From Octopus vulgaris (Eukaryota), in NCBI GenBank assembly GCA_951406725.2, contig OX597837.1, positions 9,486,001 through 9,550,000 on the forward strand: 64,000 bases of DNA, given 5' to 3'. The notes beneath the pieces were generated by a model. It ran no database searches and was not told the DNA's origin. It saw only the letters and a list, made by a program, of their open reading frames with translations. A program made the translations under genes and the position numbers. Shown piece after piece: positions 42,880-57,035 of this stretch (position 1 is the first letter of the stretch; every line of letters starts with the position of its first letter).

Positions 42880-43470
42880 AAATGTCTGACAGCCAAAACT
42901 GCTAAGCTGTGATAGCTCTTCATGTGATTGCACTTATGGGCTTCGGTAATCTTTATTAGCATTCTTCTCATAGATGATTTCCTATGCAGAAACATGATTA
43001 ATCTGAGGAGAACACGTCACCTCATCGATCGTCACTCTTCGGTTCACGAGCTTGTTGAATCTTCACGTCAGTGGTCGAGGCTGATGGCTGTCCAGTTCAT
43101 CCCTCGTACTGGAAAGCTCTCCAGCTGTCTTCAAAATCCTTGACTTACCATACATTTTACTACCGGTAGAGCGGCGCTGTCACTCTATCGTACTGAAAGC
43201 CAGCAATCAATTTCAACACCTGAGCCACCTCCAGACCAGAAAAATCAGATCATAAATTTCTCTCTTCTTCATTGGTGCACATAACCAGCGAGGTGACCTC
43301 CTTTGTTATGTGACGCACACACGCAAAACAAAAAAAGAAACTAGAGCGGTCATTTTCAACTTCAGATACTTAACCACCTCGGTACAGTTATTTAAGACGC
43401 GAACACTGAATATGGCGCGGCCAAACTTAAAGTTTTCGCGAAAGTCTAGATAAGTTTTGATTTCCGCTTG
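42880..43470 (-). mobile_element. Decayed mariner DNA transposon, 5' part of transposase
   Basis: Fragmentary translation CTNEE.R, FFWSGG, TGQPSASTTD.KIQQARE, RRVTIDEV, QINH.SA.EII matches the N-terminal HTH region of mariner transposases; many stops and frameshifts. Confidence 0.65.
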
Positions 43471-43774
43471 TCCGATTATACTTGAAACTTCGAAGACTCT
43501 GTCGACAATTTAATTGTGAAACTAAACTCAATACTTCACATTGGTTATATTTAGTTGAATATTATTTGTATGAGTTAGCATATAAAACATACTGAATAAT
43601 ACAGACATATATTTGTATTACGTAATGCTGTATACTGAAAAATATACGTATGTTAGTGTTTGTAAAAGAATATTCACTAAAAACGGTGATATAGACGAAT
43701 TTATACTTATAAGTAGATACGTTCATATGCATACATACATACAAACATACATATAGTTATATAATTATACACAA

Positions 43775-43811
<37 letters not shown>

Positions 43812-43932
43812 CCTACATACATACACTTATGCATAAAACACAGGACAAACATTTACCAATATATGTATATATATATATACATATATGTATATAAATGATA
43901 GACCGCATATATATAAACATGTATATATATAT

Positions 43933-43987
<55 letters not shown>

Positions 43988-44067
43988 TGTACATATGTAT
44001 ACATGTCCATATATATAAATATATATGTATTTATGTATATGCATGTATGTACGTATGTTTCTATATG

Positions 44068-44140
<73 letters not shown>

Positions 44141-44506
44141 GATAGATCTTTGTATGTATGGATGAAAATATACGTACATCTACACTCGGTTCCCAAAATG
44201 AAAACGTTAAATTTAGAAGGTATTGATTTGAAAAACATCCATACACCACAATACGGTAAATTTCTGTTTCTGGTGTTTAGATTTGAAATTGGCCATTGTT
44301 AAGTTGATATCGAAGAAGATATGAAAGGAATCATACACCGTATGTAATTATTCAGTGAACACACACTGAGTTATACACGTATAGGTAGAGAGAGTGATTT
44401 ATATGGTTGTGTATGTGGGGATATATGCGTGGATATATGTTTGTGTACACAGAAATAGCATTGTGTGTTAATACGTACGTGAATGTATATATACAGATAT
44501 ATTTTA

Positions 44507-44549
<43 letters not shown>

Positions 44550-45214
44550 GTATATGTCTATAAGCAAGCATACATAGCAATATATGTATTTATAATTATA
44601 TGTATATATATATACATATACATAAATATATATGCGTATAAATATTAATATATATACGAATATTACATGTATACACATACATATGTGTATAGATGTATGT
44701 GTATGACTGAGTATATGTCCCAATGTATAAATCGGCGTATATTTGCGTACGTTTAAGGAAATATAGCTATACAATACCGATATATACATACATACACACA
44801 TATATACAGACATATATATATATATATATATCTATATATATATATATATATATATACATACATACATACATATATATATATGTACATATATACATACATT
44901 CAGTCATTCATACATAGATATATAAGTGTGTATGTATAGATGTATGTGTGTGTGTGATAGTTCGTATAGATGTGCACACGTGTGTCTATTTACATACATT
45001 ATAGATAGTGAAATAGATGAGAAAGATATTTCCGTATTTTAGAAATTTTCGAACAGAAATATCGTATCATCCATTTTATATCACCTCTCTCTCCTTTCTT
45101 TCCTCTTTGTAAAATTTTTATTTTACCTTTATCAACCATTATGCCTTTCCTTCTCTCTTTCTTCTTTTCTTCGTTTCCTTCGCATTATTACTATCACTAT
45201 TATTATTATTGTCA

Positions 45215-45374
<160 letters not shown>

Positions 45375-45796
45375 CATTATTACTATTACTATTTTTATTG
45401 CTGTATCCTTTTCTTTTGTGCATTTACTTCTCATGTTTATATAGATTTTATTTTTCTTTCTCTCTGGCTGTCTCTCTCTCTCTCTCTCTTCTTCTACTCT
45501 CTCTCTCTTCTACTCTCTCTCTCTCTCTCTTCTGTGTCTCCATCTCTGAGTCGTTCTTGAGTTCAGTCTCCCCATCTTTCTTCACATTTTTGGCTTGTTT
45601 TTTTTTTTGGTTTGTCTGTTTTTATATTTTTCTCTGTTGTCATTAACGTATTGTTTATTATAAAAATATTTAGATATAACTTTCAGCTATAGACTAGATT
45701 ATAAAAATCGTAATGTATGGATAGATACACGCTGATATTCGCATTTATATATATATATATATAAACTCCCTACAGACATATATGTATACACACATA

Positions 45797-45842
<46 letters not shown>

Positions 45843-46087
45843 TATATGTATATATATATATATATGTATGTATGCATATATATGTATATATATATATATA
45901 CATATCTATATCAATATATACAGATAGTGAGAAAGAGACAGAGGCACGATAATGTATATCAGTATATTATGTATGCGCTGATAATGTCTATATGTATTTA
46001 TATATGTATAGATGTATGAATGTGCCTGTGTGTGCAATGTGGGTGTTTTCTGCGTAAGCATGCATACATAGACACATACATACACAC

Positions 46088-46210
<123 letters not shown>

Positions 46211-46666
46211 AACACGCATACATATATGTGTGGGTGTGTTTTATATGTATTTATGTTCATATCATACATACAGAGAAAAGCTTAATACATCTATGTTAGC
46301 AATGTTTAAGCTCACATATCTATGTTAATTTATGTTAATTTATTGCTGATGCAGCAGAAATTGTATTGCCATACACTTCTGGCTTAATTTCGTTTCTCTC
46401 GCGTACATCATGGTATGCACACATGCCACGCACACACTCAGACGCAGACCTTTTACAGGAGATGGTTGATAGTGACTTCGAAGATTTGTCCTCCTAGATT
46501 TCGTTGGCGTATGATTTCTACTACAAGGCCGAAATTTCGCTGTTCCTGTCACTCGTTTTCTCATTAATGTTTAGTAAACATAAACTCTACTTATATATAT
46601 TAAGTAATTGTTTAGTGTAATATTATATTATCTTATATGTCATATTGTTATCGTGTTTTTATACGT

Positions 46667-46925
46667 GGTTGCACCGTCGGTTACGACGACGGGAGGTCCA
46701 GTCGATCCGATCAACGGAACAGCCTGCTCGTGAAATTAACGTGCAAGTGGTTGAGCACTCCACAGACACGTGTACCCTTAACGTGGTTCTCGGGGAGATT
46801 CAGTGTGACACAGAGTGTGACAGTTGGCCCTTTGAAATACAGGTAGAATAGAAACAGGAAGAATGAGTTAGAGAAAGTTGTGGGGAAGGAGTGCAAGCAG
46901 GGTTCGCCACCAACCGCTGCCGGTG
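46667..46925 (-). mobile_element. SINE family C 3' part
   Basis: Highly similar to 32240-32497. Confidence 0.85.
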
Positions 46926-47176
46926 CGGAACTTTTGGCCTATCTGTGGACGTGGATGTAGACTTTTTTCAAAACACAAAACTAGATCCCGTTTCGTCAAG
47001 TGTTACGGAAGAACCTTACCTCTAGGCAAGAAACGCAGATGAGGGCAGCTACGTCAAACTCCCTCATCAACCACGTGCCGCATATCGGAAGTGGTTTGGT
47101 GAAAGAGTAGTGAAGTAAACGATGGTGCCCCAGCATGGCCACAGTCTTTTGATTGAAACTTAGGGAGAGATACAAT

Positions 47177-47643
<467 letters not shown>

Positions 47644-47743
47644 AATATATATATAATAACAATTTAACAATTAAACATATGCATACATACATACATACAT
47701 ATATGCACATACCTACATCTATATGTATATATACATGCATATA

Positions 47744-47925
47744 TGAGTACAGGACACCACAAATAAACGTAGAACACAACGAGAGACCAAAAGGTAAAAA
47801 CAAACAAGGAAACGGACATTTTTTAACAAAGAAAAAACAGAGTACAGGGCAAACAATACAAAGAATATTCCCCTTCATCAGCTGCCCCTGGTTCGACTCA
47901 ATGCGTGTTTCGAAGTAAGTTTTTA
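47744..47925 (-). mobile_element. Penelope-like fragment with hammerhead half-motifs (cttcGAAAC...gCTGATGAagggg)
   Basis: Core motifs present; TA-rich flanks; similar layout to 12925-13110 (+). Confidence 0.5.
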
Positions 47926-48401
47926 GTAATATATATATAATATATATATATACACACATACACATCTCTCTCTCTCTCTCTGCATATATATATATTGTTT
48001 CCCAGGAGCATTGTTATTATGCATCAATAATTATCCGGGTATTCTGTCATTGCTTATAGACTTCACTAGAAAGCAGAATGACAAATGTGTATTTAACATG
48101 AGCCTCTGATTGCGTTGTTTGAATTCCAGATCAAGAGCTCGGATCAAATAACTGGACGAACAAGGACAAAACATGAGACGCACTTGTGTGCGTGTTTGTG
48201 TCTGTAAATGAATGAGAGTGCGTGTGTGTGTGTGTGTATGTAATCTATTACGGTTCTTTATCAAGTTACAAAGACATGTGTAAATGCGTGCATGTGTGCA
48301 TATGCGTGCATATGCATATACATACATACATATATATATACAGATACACATAGATACAAAAATACATGTCCATAAATACATATATGTTGTAATTATTATT
48401 A

Positions 48402-48438
<37 letters not shown>

Positions 48439-48500
48439 CATTATTATTCTTATTATTATTATCATTATTATTATTATTATTATCATTCTTGTTATTACTA

Positions 48501-48534
<34 letters not shown>

Positions 48535-49075
48535 CGTTATCATTATCATTATTCCTATTGTTGTTGTTATTGTTATTATTATTATTATTACTATTATTAT
48601 TATTATCATTCAAAGAACAATGCTCACGTACAAGCACACATATACACACATATACACAGATATATATACACACACAGATATCTTGATGTGTAATTCAAAA
48701 CAGTCATGTAATATTCGTTTCCTAATAATATACGCGTGCGTGAACACATGTACTTACGTCCCACTACATCTCGGCTTGTACCATCTACCCTGTTTATACC
48801 TGCATGACTAACGTCTAGTTTAGTCATACTTTACATCTATAGGCAGTCAATGAAATGTAATATGGTTGCATTGATGAGTTTTGTATGTCTAATTATTACA
48901 TGGTTAACGAAATAACTGAAAACTATTCCATTGTTGTCTGTGAATCACGGAAGCAACTGTCTGATAGAGCGCAAGTATTTTCAATGACATTATGAGGGCT
49001 TCGTGTCAACAATCGTGCACTGTAGACATTACAGATATACATGCATACACACACCTATATGCATTTGTATGTATG

Positions 49076-49122
<47 letters not shown>

Positions 49123-49155
49123 TCGTCTTTTGTCTATTTTCATAAAGCTTCCCGT

Positions 49156-49190
<35 letters not shown>

Positions 49191-49322
49191 GTAAGTATGT
49201 ATGTATGTATATGTATATATAGTCAATCCAAACATGAAAACACAAAGAGAAAACACAACAACGCGAGGACGTGGAGCAAATATAGTATTAATGGATGCTC
49301 AGGAAAGAAGGAAAGAAATAGG

Positions 49323-49357
49323 GTTTAACGTTTCGAGCGGAGCTCTTCGTCAGAAAC
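49323..49357 (-). ncRNA. Minimal (dimer-type) hammerhead ribozyme motif in a Penelope-like fragment spanning about 49222-49426
   Basis: gttt-CTGACGA-A-GAGC-tcc-GCTC-GAA-ACGT-T-aaac: 4-bp stem I, 4-bp stem II, palindromic ACGT stem III; element flanked by TA-rich repeats. Confidence 0.75.
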
Positions 49358-49435
49358 ATAGGAAAAGTAAAGATCCAAAGAAGGGAAGACGGAGGAAAAA
49401 ATCGCCAACGGTACACACGTGGTCAGATATATATA

Positions 49436-49507
<72 letters not shown>

Positions 49508-49512
<5 letters not shown>

Positions 49513-50564
49513 TTTGCTATTGATCTCGTGCAGGATACCCAAACTGAACAACCCGAGGGAAGTACGGCAACTATTGTTGCAAAGAAGGTGAAAATGATGG
49601 CAACGAAAAAAGCGCACGAGCAATTGGCTGATAGGTGGGAGGAGAAACCTCTGCACGGCAAATATGTGACCCGCAGCAAACAAGCTGATGTTAACCAGAA
49701 GCAAACCCATCAGTGGCTACGGAGCTCAGGGCTAAAAGCAGAGAGCGAAGGTTTCATCCTGGCTGCTCAAGATCAAAGCCTATTAACCCGGAACTACCAG
49801 GCCAATGTGATGAAAAATGGAGCAGACCCAAAATGCCGATTCTGCAACGACATGATTGAAACAGTGGACCACCTAATCTCTGGATGTAAAGTCTTAGCAC
49901 CAGTGGAGTATAAATTAAGACATGACAGTGTTGGCCAATATCTACACTGGCTAATAAGTCGGCATTACAATATCAAAACTGCCGACAAGTGGTATAATCA
50001 GCACCCTGAGGCTGTAACTGAAGGAGAAAATGTAACCATTCTGTGGGACTTTCCAGTACATACAGACCGAACCATCAAGGCCAATAAACCAGATATTGTT
50101 GTGAAAGACCAAAACAATAAAGTTTGCTTATTGATCGACATGAGCATCCCCTGTGATCATAATATCTCAGCGAAAGAGTTTGACAAGCTCAGAAAATATA
50201 AAGACCTACTCATTGAAATTGAGAAAATGTGGCATCTCAAGGCGGTTACAATACCAGTGATCGTAGGAGCACTAGGAATGATCAAGAAGGGAACCGAAAA
50301 TTATATGAGAATGATCCCTGGCTTACCATCCCTGCAAGAAGTGCAAAAGATTGTCTTAACTGGTACATCACACGTATTGAGAAGAGCATTGTCGATGTGA
50401 GAACTGTTGCTGCTCATGTATTTTAATTTAACTTAAAAAAAAAAAAAAAATGAACGAACTATTGAGTTTGGTTTAATGGCCTACCAATGTATACTATGAG
50501 TTTCTTTGCCCTAGGAGTCGGGAAGACACTCGGCAAGAAATGGAAGCAAATTTGAAAGAAGAAA
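49508..50564 (+). mobile_element. 5'-truncated R4-clade (Dong-like) non-LTR retrotransposon with intact 3' ORF (CCHC knuckle plus restriction-like endonuclease) and 3' UTR
   Basis: Uninterrupted frame to stop at 50400 with CRFC..ETVDHLISGC, RHD, KPDIVV, IDMSIP, K..KY and VLTGTSHVLRRAL motifs; (AAT)n on both flanks, matching the known TAA-repeat target of Dong elements. Confidence 0.92.
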
Positions 50565-50565
50565 A

Positions 50566-50632
<67 letters not shown>

Positions 50633-50882
50633 GGGTGTATAACTCCAGATTTACAGGGAAAAATTCAATTTAGTATTAAATCAAATTTCACAATTTGTTT
50701 TATAATATATTTTATATATAAATTAGAGAAAAAACAGTATATTTTTTTACTTTTTATATAATGTTTATTAATTTTTTTTGTACTTTTTGTTATCTAGATA
50801 TATGTTTTATAATATATTTTATTTTTTCTATATGATATGGTTTATGTTTATCATTGTTTGAATTACGTAATAGCAGTTTTTC

Positions 50883-51047
<165 letters not shown>

Positions 51048-52213
51048 AACCCATGAGATCCAGAAACTCTCAGTGCAGAAGTCACTCGGTAGAGGAAACA
51101 CGTTTCAAACTTAGACGCCGATGTCTTTACATTGGATCAATTCCACGGAGTAAAGAATAGCTATGAGAGTGGTCATGTTGAGCAGATATGCAGGTAATTA
51201 TGCGGATAAACAAATTGGACATATTGAAGAGTCTGAGTGTGAAATATAAAATATCTAAACGTGGAAAACGAGAGAAGACAAAACGTGGAAACAGGCAAAG
51301 GATAGATATTTAAGTATAAATATAGAAATATTTATATAAATAGATCTAATTTATGATGGCTGCCCACTCGTGAACGAGGAAGAATAAGGACCGCCATTGG
51401 CCATGTAGGATATCAGCAACGCCCGTCAATGAGGTGATTGCACAACCGATCGGTTCCACCCAAGGTCGTGTACGTGGCTTCTATGCTTGCCCTAGCGCCC
51501 TCCTACTCGACCATGCGTCAGATAGTTACGCCGTCCTGTGCAATCTAAACATTTAGGTTCCACTAAGGCTTGCACAGCATCTCATAATCCCTCTTCGTCC
51601 TACTGACTAATCTAAGAACGTCAATACAGTTTCGAAAGTAGTAACTTTATTGTTCTTTAACATCCACATATATTCAGAGAAAGCTGTGTCATAATGATCT
51701 TTAAAAATTAGCAAAACTTACGAATGAACTGAAAATATATCATTTTGAAATCGATTTTCGGGCAATATAATGTCAGGGGATATGTTCCAGAGCAGTTAAA
51801 TTTTTCAGACACAATGGAGTGGAAATTCAGATAATGAAGTGACATAAAAAGAAGCTATTTAAGCTTTTATATTTTATACTGACGTAAGGCTTCATCTGTT
51901 TATTCTTTATTGGTTAGTTATTATATAGTTACAGGAAGTAAAATTTTACTTAACGCTGTTTTGATTAAGAAATTTCTGATAAATATACATCCGATTTAAT
52001 TAGCCATACAAATACAAACATACAGATACCTATCTATCTATTTACGTACCCATCTCTCTACATATTTATGTTTCTATCTATCTATCTATATATATATATA
52101 TATAGATATATAGATATATGTGGGTGTGTGTGTGTGTGTGTGTGTGTATGAGTATATATATAGCGGTGCCCCAGCATGGCCACAGCTAGTGAGCTGAAAC
52201 TAGATAAAAAAAT

Positions 52214-52262
<49 letters not shown>

Positions 52263-52451
52263 GTATATGTATGTGTGTGTGTGTGTGTGTATTTGTGCTT
52301 GAGTTTTCAATTTATATTTTCAAAACATCTGGTTAAGATACTTGAACCAATACCCAATGATACATTTAAAGAAATCTTTTTTGCAGGACTCGCTAACCTC
52401 ATGACCTATAACATTACTCACTTTTCTTGTTGCAGTCATAGTTATTATTAA

Positions 52452-52668
52452 TGTGACGAGTTGGCAAAAACGTTAGCACGCCGAGCAAAATGCTTAGCGG
52501 TATTTCAACCGTCGCTACGTTCTGAGTTCAAATTCTGCCGAGGCCGACTTTCCCTTTCATGCATTCGTTGGTCAATAAATTAAGTACCATTCGCTTAGTG
52601 TGGTTGATCTAATCGACTAGGCCCCTTATCCTAAACTTCAAGCCTCGTGCCTAGAATAAAAAATATCA
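52452..52668 (+). mobile_element. SINE family B monomer
   Basis: Head gacgagttggcaaaaacgttagcacg, B box gagttcaaattc, core, (ATT)n tail. Confidence 0.85.
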
Positions 52669-52681
52669 TTATTATTATTAC

Positions 52682-52744
<63 letters not shown>

Positions 52745-52764
52745 CATCATCATCATTATTATTA

Positions 52765-52835
<71 letters not shown>

Positions 52836-52889
52836 TTTTTAATGTTCGCAGCGTTTCTTTTACATTTATTATTATTGTTGTAGTCGTTG

Positions 52890-53094
52890 TCATTTTCAAT
52901 GTCGTCGTCGTCGTCAACATCATCATCATCACCTTCATCACATCCTCATCATCATTATCATCATCACCAACCACAACCCCATCACCAGCACCACCCCCAC
53001 CAACATCACCATCATCGTCATCGTCATAACCGTCATCACCGTCACCACCACCACCACTACCACCACCACCGCTACTACTATCATCATCATCATC

Positions 53095-53168
<74 letters not shown>

Positions 53169-53203
53169 CATCGTCATCATTATCATCACCATAATCATCA
53201 TCG

Positions 53204-53238
<35 letters not shown>

Positions 53239-53581
53239 GTCATCATCGTCATCATCATCATCACCATAATCATCATCGTCATCATTATCATCACCATAAT
53301 CATCATCGTCATCATCATCATCATCATCATTAGCATCATCATCGTCATCATCATCACCATAATCATCATCGTCATCGTCATCACCATCATCATCATCATC
53401 ATTGTCATCGTCATCATCACCATAATCATCATCGTCATCGCCATCGTCATCGTCATCGTCATCATCATCATCATCATCATCATCATTATCATCATCATCA
53501 TCATCATCATCGTCATCATCATCGTCATCGTCATCGTCATCATCATCATCATCATCATCATCGTCATCGTCATCGTCATCG

Positions 53582-53616
<35 letters not shown>

Positions 53617-53742
53617 GTCATCGTCATCATCACCATAATCATCAACGTCATCGTCATCGTCATCATCATCATCATCATCGTCATCATCATCGTCATCGTC
53701 ATCATCCTTATCATCATCATCGTCATCATCATCATCATCCTT

Positions 53743-53787
<45 letters not shown>

Positions 53788-53920
53788 GTCATCGTCATCA
53801 TCATCATCATCATCATCATCATCGTCATCGTCATCGTCATCGTCATCATCATCATCATCCTTATCATCATCATCATCGTCATCGTCATCATCACCATAAT
53901 CATCATCGTCATCGTCATCG

Positions 53921-53970
<50 letters not shown>

Positions 53971-54007
53971 GTCATCATCACCATATTCATCATCGTCATC
54001 GTCATCG

Positions 54008-54042
<35 letters not shown>

Positions 54043-54178
54043 GTCATCGTCATCATCCTTATCATCATCATCGTCATCATCATCATCATCATCATCGTCA
54101 TCGTCATCATCCTTATCATCATCATCGTCATCATCATCATCGTCATCATCATCATCATCATCATCGTCATCGTCATCG

Positions 54179-54214
<36 letters not shown>

Positions 54215-54273
54215 TTCATCATCATCATCCTCATCCTCCTCCTCCTCCTCCTCATCATCATCATCATCATCCC

Positions 54274-54305
<32 letters not shown>

Positions 54306-54442
54306 CCATAATCACCATAATCATCATCATCATCATCATCCTCATCATCATCATCATCATCGTCCATCATCATCATCATCATCCCCATCATCATCATCCC
54401 CATCATCATCATCATCATCATCATCATCACCATAATCACCAT

Positions 54443-54488
<46 letters not shown>
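52890..54488. repeat. About 1.6-kb compound (ATC)n/(GAT)n repeat with recurrent variant units
   Basis: ATC interspersed with GTC, ACCATAATC and CTT variants. Confidence 0.95.
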
Positions 54489-54489
54489 T

Positions 54490-54880
54490 GGTTTTTCTGT
54501 CCTGTTTATTTCACTCCATTGTTATTGGTTTATCTTCACCTCATTCATATTTTTTTGCCGGTCAGTTTGTTTCGGATGTTTGTTTGTTTGTGCTTTTTTT
54601 CTTGTTTATTTTTCTTTTATTTTATTTAACATAATATTATCTCGTAACCAATAACCTTTGGTCTCGAGGTTAAGAGTCCAGTATTTTTGCGGAATAATCT
54701 TGCTTTTCGGACACCCAACATTTCTTAATGTCGTTTGGAAATGTTCCAGACTCGTTTTCTATTGTATTTTTTCTTCAAATAATCCTTATGTGTCTTGTTA
54801 ACAATTCTTGATGTTCAAAAATATCCTTCTAGTTCTTGATTCTCCTGTAATTCTATCTTTAGAGAACAACACATTTTTCA
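54490..54880 (-). mobile_element. Possible highly decayed R4-like 3' end
   Basis: Weak traces (LKIELQ; ARL..KIL) between microsatellites; no intact frame. Confidence 0.3.
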
Positions 54881-54922
54881 ATTTCTTTCTTTCTTCTTCT
54901 CTTTCTTCTTCTTCTTCTTCTT

Positions 54923-55013
<91 letters not shown>

Positions 55014-55100
55014 GTAGTAGTAGTATTATTATTATCTTCTTCTCTCTTCTTTCTTCTTCTGCTGATTATTATTATCATGATTATTATTATTATTATTATT

Positions 55101-55587
55101 CAGTAGTTTTATTTTTATAGCGTTATTTCACTTCACTACCGAGCGCAGCTCTGTGTGCCTTGGGTATGTGCTGTGATTTGTTGTGATGCTCTGATGGTTA
55201 TTGTATGGAAAGTGTTCTGCGTAGGATGTGTGCAGTGCCTAGTAGTGCAATTTTCTGTATGTTATATGTGTTTGTAAGTCCTGGTGTTTTTGTTATGTAT
55301 TTGTCTGAATATTTTTTCATCATGCCTAATGCACCTACTATGATAGGAATTGTTTCTGTTTTCAGATTCCACATTCTAGTTACCTCTATTTCCAGGTCTT
55401 TGTATTTTGAGAGTTTCTCCATTTCTTTTAGAGACACGTTGTCATCAGCCGGTATTGATACATCAATTAGAAAGCATTTTTTTCTTCATAATCTCTGACA
55501 ACTATATCTGGTCTGTTGGCCTTAATTTCTCTATCTGTGTGTATCGGCATATCCCAGAGTATGGTTGCTTTCTCGTTTTCTGTGACC

Positions 55588-55590
<3 letters not shown>
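55101..55590 (-). mobile_element. 5'-truncated R4/Dong-like element, second family (endonuclease C-terminus and 3' UTR)
   Basis: Open frame KVTENEKATILWDMPIHTDREIKANRPDIVVRD..IDVSIPADDN..KYKDLEIE..ALLGTAHILRRTLSIQ*; (TAA)n at both ends; about 55-bp flanking duplication. Confidence 0.9.
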
Positions 55591-55653
<63 letters not shown>

Positions 55654-55732
55654 CATTATTATTATTATCTTCTTCTTCTCTCCTCTTTCTTCTTCTGCTG
55701 ATTATTATTATCATGAATATTATTATTGAATA

Positions 55733-55801
<69 letters not shown>

Positions 55802-55848
55802 CATCATCAACATTATTATTATTGTTGTTGTTGTTATTACTATTGTTA

Positions 55849-55998
55849 TTTTCATATACAAACAACAGATTAGATTGCAGGAAAAGAAAAAAAATCTTAA
55901 CATCGGGCTACAACAAGTAAGCCTTAATACCAAGAACCCTCCTAAATATCCTAGCTGTCCCTAATAACACTATTGTCTGGGACTGTACTAAACTGGGG
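55849..55998 (-). mobile_element. 3' fragment of a third R4/Dong-like family
   Basis: Translates IVLLGTARIFRRVLGIK, a typical R4 C-terminus; 3' end abuts (TAA)n; second copy at 63064-63190. Confidence 0.75.
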
Positions 55999-56133
55999 TT
56001 TATATATACGTCAGTAAAGTGCCAAAGGGCTAGAAATAAGAGTCAAAACAACTCAGTAGCCACAGACAGTAATATCATAATGACTGACAATGGGGGCAAG
56101 CTTCTTACAGCAGCAAATCTATGTGTGTGCGTT

Positions 56134-56171
<38 letters not shown>

Positions 56172-56220
56172 CACACACATGTATATATATATATAAACAC
56201 ATACATACATGTGTGTGTGC

Positions 56221-56259
<39 letters not shown>

Positions 56260-56260
<1 letters not shown>

Positions 56261-56638
56261 TCTCTTTTACTCTTTTACTTGTTTCAGTCATTTGACTGCG
56301 GCCATGCTGGAGCACCGCCTTTAGTCGAGCAACTAGACCCAAGGACTTATTCTTTGTAAGCCCACTACTTATTCTATCGGTCTCTTTTGCCGAACCGCTA
56401 ATTGACGGGGACGTAAACACACCAGCATCGGTTGTCAAGCAATGCTAGGGGGACAAACACAGACATACACACACACAGACACACACACACACATATATAT
56501 ATATACGACAGTCTTCTTTCAGTTTCCGTCTACCAAATCCATTCACAATGCATTGGTCGGCCCGGGGCTATAGCAGAAGACACTGAACCCGGAAACATGT
56601 AGTTGGTTAGCAAGCTACTTACCACACAGCCACTCCTA
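56260..56638 (-). mobile_element. SINE family A (small internal deletion in head)
   Basis: Reverse complement of the 27407-27819 pattern. Confidence 0.9.
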
Positions 56639-56742
56639 TATATGTATATGTATATGTATATTCACGCATGCACACGTTTATAAATATCTATATATATGGG
56701 GGTGGGGTACGTGTGTGTGTGTAGTTATATATTCGAGTAAAT

Positions 56743-57035
56743 ACGCGTGGCTTTGTGTTTAGGATATTCGGATCACGGTCGTCACGAGTTCGATACCCAG
56801 GGACGCATTGAGTTCTTGAGCAAGACGCTTCATTTCACATTGTTCCATTCCATCCAGCTGACGAAAATGAGAAATGAGTGGCATCTGTAGAGCGTTGTTA
56901 TTTTTTTTGTGTCGCACTGAATCACCTAGGGAACTATGTTGAATCTACTGATGTCTGTGGAATACTCAATCACGACCCGGCTGCTTCGTTGGTATCATTA
57001 ACTGGAACGCTCTTCGTCGCAACCGACGGAGTGTC
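56743..57035 (+). mobile_element. SINE family C-related, diverged
   Basis: tRNA-like head, cttgagcaagacgcttcatttcacattg core, tail homologous to the 32234 end. Confidence 0.7.

Noticed and set aside
47038-47066. Hairpin gatgaggg/ccctcatc as a ribozyme
   Set aside because: Core order and helices do not fit a hammerhead; an 8-bp stem is within chance
49201-49507. N-terminal part of the 399-aa ORF
   Set aside because: Chance in-frame read-through of a Penelope-like fragment and TA/AAT repeats upstream of the truncated Dong element
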